Shown here: in pieces, positions 32,104 to 41,292 of the stretch
Numbering within the stretch: the stretch's first letter is position 1
Layout of the letters: every line of letters starts with the position of its first letter
Assembly: GCF_934725225.1 (NCBI RefSeq)
Contig: NZ_CAKVAM010000007.1
Location: 13,035 to 77,034, forward strand
Direction of reading: 5' to 3'
DNA: 64,000 bases
Source of the DNA: an uncultured Treponema sp.
Lineage (GTDB): Bacteria; Spirochaetota; Spirochaetia; Treponematales; Treponemataceae
Translations under genes and position numbers: made by a program
Notes under the pieces: model-generated
Database searches by the model: none
What the model saw: the letters and a program-made list of their open reading frames with translations, nothing else
Told to the model about the DNA's origin: nothing

Positions 32104-32224
32104 CCCCAATATTTAAATCATAAGCTGTGCATTTTCTGCCTAAAATAGCGTCAAAAACTGCCGCCTCCCCAAGATTTAAAGCATAAGTTGTGCAGTTTCT
32201 GCCTTAAACAGCGTCAAAAACTGC
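32104..32224 (+). repeat. 63-bp-period tandem duplication containing the leader-site motif
   Basis: 32104-32161 vs 32167-32224: 52/58 identical; each begins CCCCAAKATTTAAANCATAAG. Confidence 0.9.
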
Positions 32225-32325
32225 ACTGCAAGTTTGCCCGGTGGCAAACTTGTTCAATTGACTGCTTTTTTTTCACTGCGTTGCAAAACAGCCTGTTTAA
32301 ATCTTATCGATGCTGAAGCACCGCT

Positions 32326-32441
32326 AAGATTTAAACATAAGGAGGCTAAGAGATGAAAAAGACTCTTATCGCGGTCGCAGCGGCTGCCGCACTTACAGCA
32401 ACTTCTGCTTTCGCAGAAATCACATTCGGAGCATGGCTTCG
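32326..32441 (+). repeat. Shared leader of Msp-like genes, copy A
   Basis: 116-bp perfect inverted repeat of 35867-35982; 32337-32442 is identical to 59778-59883. Confidence 0.97.
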
Positions 32442-33573
32442 TTCTGCTCTTATTCCTGTAGCTTATGATGGCGAGGATTACCTTGGAGGACTTACACAGT
32501 CATGGGGCGGAGCAGCGCGTACTGCAGTTCTTGGTGTAAACGGCGTTTCTGAAGACGGAATGGCTGGATTCACATTTGAAATCCGTAACCAGGCTGGCGA
32601 AGGAATCAATATGGGTGACCGCACAGTGGCATGGCTCAAGCCAATTGAGCAGCTCAAGCTTTCTGTTGGTAAGTTTGACGGCGGAGACAACGGATTCAGA
32701 CAGGGAACAGGATTTGGTGTTTGGGACTATGTACGCCCATCTAGAACAACATCTTTGTTCTTCAATGGTGATGACGGAATCATGGATTCTATTGGCGGAG
32801 ACGGCTTCATGGCAGAAATCTTCCCGATTGAAGGCTTCAAAGTTATGGTAAACGTTCCATTCCTTCAGTACAAAAAGGAAGTTCATAACTGGGTTTACGA
32901 CAGTGAAGCAAAAACTTGGAAAGATGATAAAGGAACAGAAGTTGAGTATGTAAAGCACGCTTACGACATCTATAAGAAGACACAGATTGGCGCAGCATAC
33001 ACAATCGACGGTGTTGGAGAATTGAAAGTTCTTTGGACAAATGTAAGCGAAGAAGAAGAAGTTGGCACAAAGAAATATAATGATGTAGGAAATCTTGGAA
33101 TCGCTTTCAATCTTTCTGCTGTAGAAAATCTTAACTTGGCAATTGGCGCTAAGTTCGATATTTCCGACAAAGAAATTGATCCTGATGGCAACAAGGCTTA
33201 CTTTGCAGCAAAGGCTTCTTACAATGTTTCAGACGCTATCACATTCAACATGGTTGGCGGTATAAAACTCTTCAAGAACGATGACTATGATCCAAAATGG
33301 GGAATCGGTGCTGGTGTAGACTATGTAGTTATGGACGGTCTTACAGTTAATGCTGACATCCGCTACATGAGCGAAACAAAAGTTAACGGCAATGGTAGTG
33401 AAGATGATTCACTTTCATTCCTTGTTGCAGCTGCAAAGACTATTGGAAGCAACGCTTCTCTTGGAGTTGGATTTGAAGGAGCAACAAACGGCGGCGGATT
33501 CTCAACATTTGACGCTGCAAAGACAGACGCATTCACATGGTGCGTTCCAGTTATGTTCAACCTTTCATTCTAA
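32353..33573 (+). CDS. Msp-like outer-membrane beta-barrel protein, paralog A
   Basis: Signal peptide MKKTLIAVAAAAALTATSAFA, amphipathic strands, terminal Phe; divergent paralog of B/C/D. Confidence 0.8.
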   Translation: MKKTLIAVAAAAALTATSAFAEITFGAWLRSALIPVAYDGEDYLGGLTQSWGGAARTAVLGVNGVSEDGMAGFTFEIRNQAGEGINMGDRTVAWLKPIEQLKLSVGKFDGGDNGFRQGTGFGVWDYVRPSRTTSLFFNGDDGIMDSIGGDGFMAEIFPIEGFKVMVNVPFLQYKKEVHNWVYDSEAKTWKDDKGTEVEYVKHAYDIYKKTQIGAAYTIDGVGELKVLWTNVSEEEEVGTKKYNDVGNLGIAFNLSAVENLNLAIGAKFDISDKEIDPDGNKAYFAAKASYNVSDAITFNMVGGIKLFKNDDYDPKWGIGAGVDYVVMDGLTVNADIRYMSETKVNGNGSEDDSLSFLVAAAKTIGSNASLGVGFEGATNGGGFSTFDAAKTDAFTWCVPVMFNLSF

Positions 33574-33609
33574 TTCTAGCTGCAATTTGCGTTTGACTTA
33601 GTAATGCAG

Positions 33610-33635
33610 AAGCCTCCCGAAAGGGAGGCTTTTTT
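33610..33635 (+). terminator. Terminator shared by the paralog family
   Basis: AAGCCTCCC-GAAA-GGGAGGCTTTTTT. Confidence 0.9.
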
Positions 33636-33640
33636 GTGTG

Positions 33641-34411
33641 TTATTTCAGTGCGTCTTTTTCCGCGAGAAGAGCTTTTAAGCGAGCTATTTCTTCTGCCTG
33701 CTGGTTAATCAGGCGTTCGTCCTTGGCTTTCTGCATTGCGGCGCCTTCAATTCTGCCTTTTTCCTGAACATCGTATTCATGAAGGTTGTATGCCAAATAT
33801 GAATTTACAAATTCCTGCACTTCTTTAATCTTGTCCACCGTCATGTCGAGCCTCCTTAAAAATTTGTCCGTTGCCTTGCTTCTTTTAAGATACTCCAGAA
33901 ACGCCCGGATTTCAATATCACCGCATTTTTCCCATGCTGCCGCATTAAAGATTATCTTTTGAGAGAAGTCTTCAAGCTGAATGTCTTTGTTTTCCCTGCA
34001 AAATGACTCAAATGTATATATTGGAAGACCGTGTCCCAAGGGATCATCTATGCACAGGAACACAACATAGCTTTTCTTAAGCATTGCATACGAAGCTCCC
34101 TTCAGCAGGCTGTCTGAGTCCAGTATGGACTGATAATAACGCATTCTCTGAGCAATTGCGGCGTAGCTTCCAGACTGCATCTCAATGTCAACCACTTCGT
34201 CTGGAGTTTCCGTGTAGACATCCAGCCTTATGCCCTTTCCGCTGTAAATTGGAGATATTGTCTTCTGCGCCTCAGGAAATTTTATTTCCCTTGCCTCGAT
34301 TTTAAGCAGCCTTCTTATAACCTCGCGGCAAATATCCTTGTTTCTCATTACATAGCTGAACATAAAATCATCTGTGAACCTCAGTTCCTCCACCGGCTTA
34401 ATAAAATACAT
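33641..34411 (-). CDS. Rpn-family PD-(D/E)XK nuclease (PDDEXK_2)
   Basis: FTDDFMF, GIRLDV, DIEMQ and RMRYYQS motifs; AAGGAGG SD before ATG 34411. Confidence 0.9.
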   Translation of the reverse strand: MYFIKPVEELRFTDDFMFSYVMRNKDICREVIRRLLKIEAREIKFPEAQKTISPIYSGKGIRLDVYTETPDEVVDIEMQSGSYAAIAQRMRYYQSILDSDSLLKGASYAMLKKSYVVFLCIDDPLGHGLPIYTFESFCRENKDIQLEDFSQKIIFNAAAWEKCGDIEIRAFLEYLKRSKATDKFLRRLDMTVDKIKEVQEFVNSYLAYNLHEYDVQEKGRIEGAAMQKAKDERLINQQAEEIARLKALLAEKDALK

Positions 34412-34480
34412 AGAGCCTCCTTGCATATTCTATGTATTTTATTGCCGTAAAAAAATATTTTATGCAGACTGTTCTTTTAT

Positions 34481-34626
34481 TTAAACACAAAAAAGCCTCC
34501 CTTTCGGGAGGCTTTCTGCTTGTCCAGCACATCCAGTGCACCGGGCATTCGCGCTACGCGCTGTTTCACCGCTAGTTTGCCATGCAAACTAGCAGAGATA
34601 AAACGAAGCGTGCTTCGTTTTATCGA
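34481..34626 (-). repeat. Modular hairpin 3' element plus terminator downstream of paralog B
   Basis: Hairpins GATAAAACGAAG/CTTCGTTTTATC and GCTAGTTTGC/GCAAACTAGC, then GATGTGCTGGACAAG and the GCCTCCC terminator; modules are shared with the C and D 3' ends. Confidence 0.85.
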
Positions 34627-35955
34627 CTAGAACCAAACGCTTACAGATACTGGGATTGCCCAAACGAAGTCATCAGCTGCGTTAGCTTTGAGTCCGCTTA
34701 CGCCATCACCTTTTTCACCTGGTGTTCCCCATGTGAATCCACAGCCATTTGTTGCGCCCTGGAATCCGATTCCGAGAGAACCGTTGCTTCCAACAGACTT
34801 GTTAACTCCAACGAGGAAGCTGATTGCGCCTTCATCGCCGTCTTTTCCGTATGACTTTATGTCATATGCCTTTTCAGCAGATTTTGCGTTGCTCATGTAG
34901 CTAACATCTGCAGCCAAGCTAAGACCATCCATGATTACATAATCTACACCAGCACCAACAAAGAATACATTGTCAACAAGTTCACCGTCTCTTGCAACAC
35001 AGTCATCCTGATACTGAACATATCCGCCGTCTACAGAGAATTTCATCTGCTCAGAAACCTGGTAAGAAGCGCCAGCTGTGAACGCCATCTTGAGGTAGTC
35101 AGGAGCATAGTCCTTGTCTGCTATACCAAAGCGAGCACCTACTGTTACAGAAAGGTTCTCAACAGCATTAAGATCAAATGCAACTCCAATCTGTCCTGTT
35201 GTCTTTCTTGCTACTTCACCGTCAACATCATTTAAGTTGTAAGTTGGTACTGTGCTTACTTCGTTATCAAGAACCCAGTTTCCGTCATTGTCATACTTGT
35301 TTCCCAATGACCATGATACTGAATCAGCTGTAGCTTTTGTATCTTTATAATCACCGATGTACTGTGCCTTGAATTTACCTACACCTTCAATTGTGTAGCC
35401 AAATCCAACCTGAATGTTCTTGTATACATCTTCAGCCTTTGCATAAGTAGAAGACATTGGAATAACTGCGAATGCGTGGAGTCCTTCGATTGGGTCAGCC
35501 TCTAACATAAGACCGTTCTTTGAAACTCCGTCAAATGTGAGTCCTTCGCCGTCGAATGCCCAGTTGTAAGGTCTGAGCCAGTTCCATGAGCCGTAGCAGA
35601 AGTCGCCGCGGAGTCCGTTTGTAGGTGAGTCGAACTTACCAACAGAGATTTTAACCATGTCAACAGGCTTAACCCAGAGGTATGCATCATCGCCCTGTCC
35701 GAGTCCGCTCTCGAAGTCGTTGTAAACGCCCATTACGAATCCGGTCTTTCCGTCCTCAGAAGTTCCGTTGATGTTGATGCGGGCTGTACGTGCGCCCCAT
35801 CCCCATGAGTTTGCAACGCCAACCATTGCATCTTCACCATTGTGTGCTACTGGCGAAGCAAGGACGCGAAGCCATGCTCCGAATGTGATTTCTGCGAAAG
35901 CAGAAGTTGCTGTAAGTGCGGCAGCCGCTGCGACCGCGATAAGAGTCTTTTTCAT
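34627..35955 (-). CDS. Msp-like outer-membrane beta-barrel protein, paralog B
   Basis: Same leader; close to C outside variable loops; ends VSVWF. Confidence 0.82.
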   Translation of the reverse strand: MKKTLIAVAAAAALTATSAFAEITFGAWLRVLASPVAHNGEDAMVGVANSWGWGARTARININGTSEDGKTGFVMGVYNDFESGLGQGDDAYLWVKPVDMVKISVGKFDSPTNGLRGDFCYGSWNWLRPYNWAFDGEGLTFDGVSKNGLMLEADPIEGLHAFAVIPMSSTYAKAEDVYKNIQVGFGYTIEGVGKFKAQYIGDYKDTKATADSVSWSLGNKYDNDGNWVLDNEVSTVPTYNLNDVDGEVARKTTGQIGVAFDLNAVENLSVTVGARFGIADKDYAPDYLKMAFTAGASYQVSEQMKFSVDGGYVQYQDDCVARDGELVDNVFFVGAGVDYVIMDGLSLAADVSYMSNAKSAEKAYDIKSYGKDGDEGAISFLVGVNKSVGSNGSLGIGFQGATNGCGFTWGTPGEKGDGVSGLKANAADDFVWAIPVSVSVWF

Positions 35956-35982
35956 CTCTTAGCCTCCTTATGTTTAAATCTT
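35867..35982 (-). repeat. Shared leader of Msp-like genes, copy B
   Basis: Perfect inverted copy of 32326-32441. Confidence 0.97.
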
Positions 35983-36022
35983 GGGGTTCCCCAGCGAGAA
36001 TTTCAGAAAAATTCATAGAGAG

Positions 36023-36051
36023 TTGACACCATTGGAGACACCTTTTATATT
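36023..36051 (+). promoter_or_regulatory. sigma70 promoter of the hic remnant, pointing away from paralog B
   Basis: TTGACA-17-TATATT. Confidence 0.7.
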
Positions 36052-36071
36052 GTTTGTAGGGGGATTCTTTT

Positions 36072-36451
36072 ATGTCGAAGTGGGAAAATAAAATAAAAAG
36101 CATTGAAGAATATATGTCGCTTCCATATAGAATGGAAATTGAACCGGATTCAGATGAGGGAGGATTTGTTGTTTCATTTCCTGAGCTTCCCGGATGCATT
36201 TCGTCAGGCGGCGATATTCAGCAAGCTGTGGCAAATGCAAAGGATGCGCAAAAGCATGGCTTGAGGCTGCAATTGAAGACGGAATTTCAATAAACGAACC
36301 TTTGCCTGTTGAAAAATATTCAGGACAATTCAAGCTGCGATTGCCAAAAAGCCTTCACAAACGCCTTGCAGAAGAATCAAAAAGTGAAGGAATAAGCATG
36401 AATCAATACTGTGTATATCTCTTGGCGAAAGGATGTGCATACCAAAACTAA
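36072..36451 (+). pseudogene. hicB: HicB-family antitoxin, frameshifted
   Basis: EGGFVVSFPELPGC is in one frame; AWLEAAIEDG and YSGQFKLRLPKSLH are in another. One base is missing at the A4 run 36250-36253. Confidence 0.85.
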
Positions 36452-36526
36452 ACAAAAAATATCTTTTATATAGAAGAAAAGCGATTGCGTTATTGTTTTG
36501 CCCGGGCGTTTTGGTATATTATGAAA

Positions 36527-36665
36527 CTGTTTGAACTGGATTATCCAGGAAGAATCCTAATCGCCTCCTTGGGACTTGAGCCCGCACATAAGAATAGGAC
36601 TTTAGCTCGGCTACTTTCGGGCAGGATAGTCCCGTTTCAAACTTCAATCTTTAAACTCAAGGGGC
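36527..36665 (+). ncRNA. Candidate bridge/seek-type RNA upstream of the IS110 ORF
   Basis: Extended -10 (TGgTATATT, ending 36520). Nested stems GTTTGAA/TTCAAAC, CTGGA/TCCAG, GGGACT/AGTCCC, GCCCG/CGGGC and TAGC/GCTA. Confidence 0.5.
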
Positions 36666-36669
36666 AAAT

Positions 36670-37911
36670 ATGTACATAGTTGGAATCGACATCGCAAAAA
36701 AATCACATCAGGCGGCAATAATGAAGCCGGACGGAACTCTTGTGGGTAGGTCATTCAGGTTCACAAACACAAAGCAAGGGTTTGAGTTTCTTATGGACAA
36801 GCTTGCGGCGGTAGATTCCAATCTTGAAAATTTTGAATTCGGAATGGAAGCCACGGGGCACTACTGGCTTAACTTGTACACTTGGCTTGCAGACAAGAAC
36901 GCAACAGTTCATGTAATAAATCCGCTCCAGTCAGACGCGCTCCGAAATCTTTACATCAGAAAAACAAAAACAGATTCCGTGGACGCAAAAATAATCGCGC
37001 AGGTAATCAGAATCGGGCAATATTCAGAAACCAAGCTTGCTGATGACCGTATGCTTATGATGCGCGACTTGTGCCGCCAGCGGTTTTTCCTTGTGGACAT
37101 GGTTGCAAATTTAAAGCGCAAAATAATCGTGATGATGGATAGAATTTTCCCGGAATACCAAGGATTTTTTTCAGACACGTTCGGAAAATCTTCTACTGCA
37201 ATCCTCAAGCACTGCACAACCCCGGAAGAAATCACGTTGTTCGGAGAAGACAATCTTGCGCAGCTTCTTCAGGTGGCTTCCAACGGAAAGTTCGGACTAA
37301 AAAAAGCCCAGGAACTTATAAGCCTTGCCCGCAATTCTTTTGCCGCCCGGCTTTCTTCAAAGACACTTTCGCTTCTTGTAAAGCAGATGATGGAGCAGAT
37401 GGAACTTCTTCAAAATCAGATTGAAATCCTTGAAAAGCACATATCGTCGCATTTTAAGTCGTTCGGAACAAAAATTACGCAGATTCCCGGAATTGGACCA
37501 GTTCTTGGAGCTTCTATTCTAAGCGAAATTGGCGACATAAGCCGTTTTGCAAATCCAAAGAAACTGTGCGCTTATGCTGGAATAGACCCTTCGGTAAAGC
37601 AGTCAGGCCAGTTTTTAGGGAACGAAAACCACATGTCCAAGCGCGGTTCCGGCTATCTTCGCCGATGCCTTTGGATGGCTTCATTTGTTTCCGTGAACCA
37701 TTGCCGTGAAATAACGATTGTTTACAAGTCGCAGGTTTCCAAGGGAAAAACGCATTTTCAGTCAATGGGCTTTGTCTGCCACAAGTTGCTTAACATAATC
37801 TACACAGTCTTAAAAAACGACATAGACTACAGCCCGATGCTCTGCATAAATCCTGCCATAACAGCAAGAAGTTCCCGTCGCATAGCAAGAGCCGCCCTAA
37901 AAGCCCGGTAA
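36670..37911 (+). CDS. IS110-family transposase/recombinase (DEDD)
   Basis: GIDIAK, GMEATGHY, KTDSVDA, IPGIG, AYAGIDP, QSG and SKRG motifs; intact 413 aa. Confidence 0.95.
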   Translation: MYIVGIDIAKKSHQAAIMKPDGTLVGRSFRFTNTKQGFEFLMDKLAAVDSNLENFEFGMEATGHYWLNLYTWLADKNATVHVINPLQSDALRNLYIRKTKTDSVDAKIIAQVIRIGQYSETKLADDRMLMMRDLCRQRFFLVDMVANLKRKIIVMMDRIFPEYQGFFSDTFGKSSTAILKHCTTPEEITLFGEDNLAQLLQVASNGKFGLKKAQELISLARNSFAARLSSKTLSLLVKQMMEQMELLQNQIEILEKHISSHFKSFGTKITQIPGIGPVLGASILSEIGDISRFANPKKLCAYAGIDPSVKQSGQFLGNENHMSKRGSGYLRRCLWMASFVSVNHCREITIVYKSQVSKGKTHFQSMGFVCHKLLNIIYTVLKNDIDYSPMLCINPAITARSSRRIARAALKAR

Positions 37912-38136
37912 AAATACAACTGTCGTATTTGAATAGATTGCCGTGTCAAGCACGGCAATGACAGGTATTTATAAAAATGCCAAAGCGGGTTCTTAGGGCG
38001 GCAGCCCTAAGCGTTGCAAGGAAAGGAGGGTGGTATGGAGGGAAGAAACGGCGATTACATCGCTTCGCTTACGAATTAGTTGGTTTTCCTCCCTCCATAG
38101 ACTTTAGCGGCACGGAATGTTAAAATAGTTACATAT

Positions 38137-39204
38137 ATGTACACACGAGATTTGCAGGAAATTCCTCCGTCATTTGTTCAGAATGGGCGGCCGGTGTTCG
38201 GCACGTTCCGGGGGCATCCTAAGCGTTTTGACATCCGCGGAGTTTATAGGCCTTATGGAGTAATTCCGCTTCCGACTTTTATAACAAACCTTCGCATAAA
38301 GAGCCGCCTTATATTTTCGTTTAATATCGGGGAATACATCGGGCGAATCAGTTTTATAGATGCAAAAATTGCCGGATTTTCTGAAGTTGTGTTCTGGAAC
38401 AAAAATACTTCGCAGCGTTTTGCCTACCATTCGCTCATGGGACCAAGAAAAAGACTTATTCCGCACAGCCTTGAAGCGGCTTCAACTTCAAACTACAGCA
38501 AGCGGCGCTACACAAGAATCAGCTGGAACAGAGAGCAGAACAGGCTTTCGGTTATATTCGACTTGAAGGGAGATTCTGTGCGTCCTTCCGCGCGTGGAGC
38601 TTTTTCCGCAGTGTTCAACGATGTTCAGTTTGCAGAACTTACTTCTGTTCGTCCAAATCCTACTTTGAGGCGAAGCTATGCAAGCTACAGTTCTGTTCTT
38701 CCTTTGCACGGCTCTCTTACACTTTCTTACAATAGCGGCGAAACTAAAACCATGTCGGAATCTGACGGAGTTTGCTCGTTCGACATGACGCGCACTTACA
38801 TGAAATTCCGTTCGCATGGAAAATCTGTGCTTGGATTCGGGGAAATTAATGGAAAGAAAATTGCGTTCAAGCTTGCTTCCGAGTCGCATGAAAGCGTGGA
38901 CACGGACAAATACAACTGCAATGTTCTTTTTTACGATGGAAAAGCCACACCGCTTCCGCCTGTTGTAATTTCGCATTATTCAGGCATGGACAAAAAGTGG
39001 GTCATTCAAGACACGGAAAACATGGTTGACCTTACTTTTACGCCTGTTTCAATCTGCGTTAACAATGTGAATGCGTTGATTGTGCGCAGCGTGTACCATA
39101 CAATATACGGCAACTTTGAAGGAACTCTAATTACTGCCAGCGGTGAAAAAGTTTCATTCAAATCTCTTGCAGGAATTTCCGAAAATTACTTGATACGTCT
39201 TTAA
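38137..39204 (+). CDS. DUF2804-like protein
   Basis: C-terminal WVIQD-ENMVDLTFTP...YHTIYGNFEG pattern. Confidence 0.7.
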   Translation: MYTRDLQEIPPSFVQNGRPVFGTFRGHPKRFDIRGVYRPYGVIPLPTFITNLRIKSRLIFSFNIGEYIGRISFIDAKIAGFSEVVFWNKNTSQRFAYHSLMGPRKRLIPHSLEAASTSNYSKRRYTRISWNREQNRLSVIFDLKGDSVRPSARGAFSAVFNDVQFAELTSVRPNPTLRRSYASYSSVLPLHGSLTLSYNSGETKTMSESDGVCSFDMTRTYMKFRSHGKSVLGFGEINGKKIAFKLASESHESVDTDKYNCNVLFYDGKATPLPPVVISHYSGMDKKWVIQDTENMVDLTFTPVSICVNNVNALIVRSVYHTIYGNFEGTLITASGEKVSFKSLAGISENYLIRL

Positions 39205-39256
39205 CTTTTTTCAGTTCTTGAGGAGTATTTCAGTTTGAAGGCAAAATGGAGTATTT

Positions 39257-41269
39257 ATGGAAAATGAGAACCGCCCAAAGCGGACGCTTGAACCCGGCAC
39301 GCTTGACAAAACCCGGAAAAATATCGGACCAATAGATGCAAATGAGGCTCTTTTTATGCAGAAAAAACTTGGCGGGGAAGTTCTCCGCGAAAAATTATCT
39401 CCAGCGGACTATTCAAATATGCCGGCAAACAAAAGAAGGCAGGATGTTGTGGTAAAAGCGTCTGGAAGATCTGCTTCGGATATTTCGTCCCAAAGCGCGT
39501 CGTTCGGCTCGTCATTTTCTTCGGCTGCTGTGGGCGGAATCAAGGCTTCTGCAAAAAAAATCCGCACGGACGAAGATTTGCCTGAGATTTCCGCGCATGA
39601 CTTAAAGCTTATGGACAAAACCATGATGGCTCCTGGCTGCGACATTAAGCCGGACTTTGGCTTGTTCAATTTCTTCTATAGAATGTCCGCCAAAAACCGC
39701 GAGCGTGTGCAGAAAAAATTCGGCGAGTACATTGTGCGCCGCCACGTTGACCACATTCAGTCTTTTATTGGCACAATAAAAACTTTCATTCAGATTTCCC
39801 CGGACGTATACAAAGCCAAAATTGCCACGGAAACCGACCTTAAGTTCAAGTTTCTTAGAACCGTGGGCAAATGGACTTTACGCGACATCAAGCTTCTTGC
39901 AATGGATGTTGAAAACGCTTCGGACTATCTGACTGTTCCAATGCTCATTCCTTTTGTGCGGGCGGTTTACAGGCAGCTTCTTACCGTTTACTACATTGGC
40001 GAGCAGCAGGTTTCACTTTTAATCAAAGACATTTACACGGATCTTGCAGAATTTCCGAACGCGGACAAGGCGAAGCTTCAGACTTTGGTAAAGCAGGGCG
40101 TTACGGAATGGCTTTACGTGCATGACCAGATTATTCAGGGAATGTATCCGCTTTTGATGAGAATGTCTTCCGATGAATTTGTTGAGTTCCCGGATTTCTT
40201 TAAAGTCAAGATTGTGGAAATTCTTAAGTTCCTTGGAATTTCAAAGTTCGACCTTCTTCTTCCCGAAAAAAAGAAAAAAGAAAAAAAGCAGGAGGAAGCT
40301 CAGGAAAAGAAAAAGCAGGAAACTCACCATATTGCGGGCGAAAAAAACGAAATTGTAAATATGGGACTTAGAATTCTTGACCAGCTTTTTCCGCAGGCAG
40401 GATTTCTTCACTTGGAGCGGCATCCGGATTTGTTCCCGTACTTTAATCCGATTTACAACTTTGAAGACGGATTCAACGTTATTGCGCCGGAAAATCCTTT
40501 GCAGGTAACAATTGTTCTTATTTTGATTATCGAGGATTTCCTAAAAGGCTGCCGGAACATAAAATTCAATATTGAAGCGGACGAAAAACTTGCATCTTAT
40601 CCAGACAAGCTTGATTCTGCAATGGAAGACTGGGCTTCTTATTATGAAGATTTGTTTGCAAAAAAACTTGGAGATTATTTGCGTTCCTATGTGAATTCGA
40701 TTTACTCGCAGAAGGAATACGCGCAAAGTAAATTCGGCAAGGAAAACTTGAACAATATTTTGTGGCGCATAAAATTTTATTTTCTTCCAAATTACAAGTT
40801 CAATGCGCCGGTTTTGCAGAAGCCTGTGAACGATTCAAAGTACAGACCGCTTGCCGCTCGCACCGACTACATGAGAAGTGTTCTTACAACTCTTGTCCGC
40901 AGAATCGATGAGAATTCCGCCGGAAAGAAAACTGTGCTTGGAGTTTTGAATCCGTGGGACCGTTACACGTTCGATTTGCCAAATGCGGTTTCAAAGAGAA
41001 TTGATGTGCTTCTTGGCGCAAAAAGAGATGACGATGTTACTGCCGCCACAAATGCGAATCTTATAAAGTACACGCTTTGTGTTGTTTCAGTTTTGGACTG
41101 GTGGATAAACAATCCTTCAAGTCCGGCTTACGATGCGAACTCTTCAAAGCTTTACCGCATTTCAGAAGAAGACGGCGGACCTTTATTTTCTGTTCCAGAG
41201 CGTTCAGACCAAAATCAGCTTTTTGCAGAAGGCGTAAAAAAAGCAATCGAAGCAAAACGCAGCAAATAA
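39257..41269 (+). CDS. Conserved hypothetical protein
   Basis: 670-aa ORF with GGAG SD, in an operon with thyX. Confidence 0.8.
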   Translation: MENENRPKRTLEPGTLDKTRKNIGPIDANEALFMQKKLGGEVLREKLSPADYSNMPANKRRQDVVVKASGRSASDISSQSASFGSSFSSAAVGGIKASAKKIRTDEDLPEISAHDLKLMDKTMMAPGCDIKPDFGLFNFFYRMSAKNRERVQKKFGEYIVRRHVDHIQSFIGTIKTFIQISPDVYKAKIATETDLKFKFLRTVGKWTLRDIKLLAMDVENASDYLTVPMLIPFVRAVYRQLLTVYYIGEQQVSLLIKDIYTDLAEFPNADKAKLQTLVKQGVTEWLYVHDQIIQGMYPLLMRMSSDEFVEFPDFFKVKIVEILKFLGISKFDLLLPEKKKKEKKQEEAQEKKKQETHHIAGEKNEIVNMGLRILDQLFPQAGFLHLERHPDLFPYFNPIYNFEDGFNVIAPENPLQVTIVLILIIEDFLKGCRNIKFNIEADEKLASYPDKLDSAMEDWASYYEDLFAKKLGDYLRSYVNSIYSQKEYAQSKFGKENLNNILWRIKFYFLPNYKFNAPVLQKPVNDSKYRPLAARTDYMRSVLTTLVRRIDENSAGKKTVLGVLNPWDRYTFDLPNAVSKRIDVLLGAKRDDDVTAATNANLIKYTLCVVSVLDWWINNPSSPAYDANSSKLYRISEEDGGPLFSVPERSDQNQLFAEGVKKAIEAKRSK

Positions 41270-41292
41270 AAATTTAATAAAAAGAGGTATTT

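Larger units (their letters stand above)
36480..37920 (+). mobile_element. IS110-family element or domesticated Piv-like recombinase locus; ends not resolved
   Basis: DEDD transposase ORF with a ~200-bp structured non-coding left end; no terminal IRs seen. Confidence 0.7.

Noticed and set aside
31986..32224. CRISPR or TIGR-like guide array (also considered for 46121-46252)
   Set aside because: No constant repeat with unique spacers, too few units, and no cas genes.
35951..35982. dif/Xer site (TTATGTTTAAAT resembles the XerD arm)
   Set aside because: It has an extra base and no XerC arm at the right spacing.
36240..36260. Programmed frameshift in hicB
   Set aside because: Only an A4 run, with no slippery heptamer or stimulator; decay or sequencing error is simpler.
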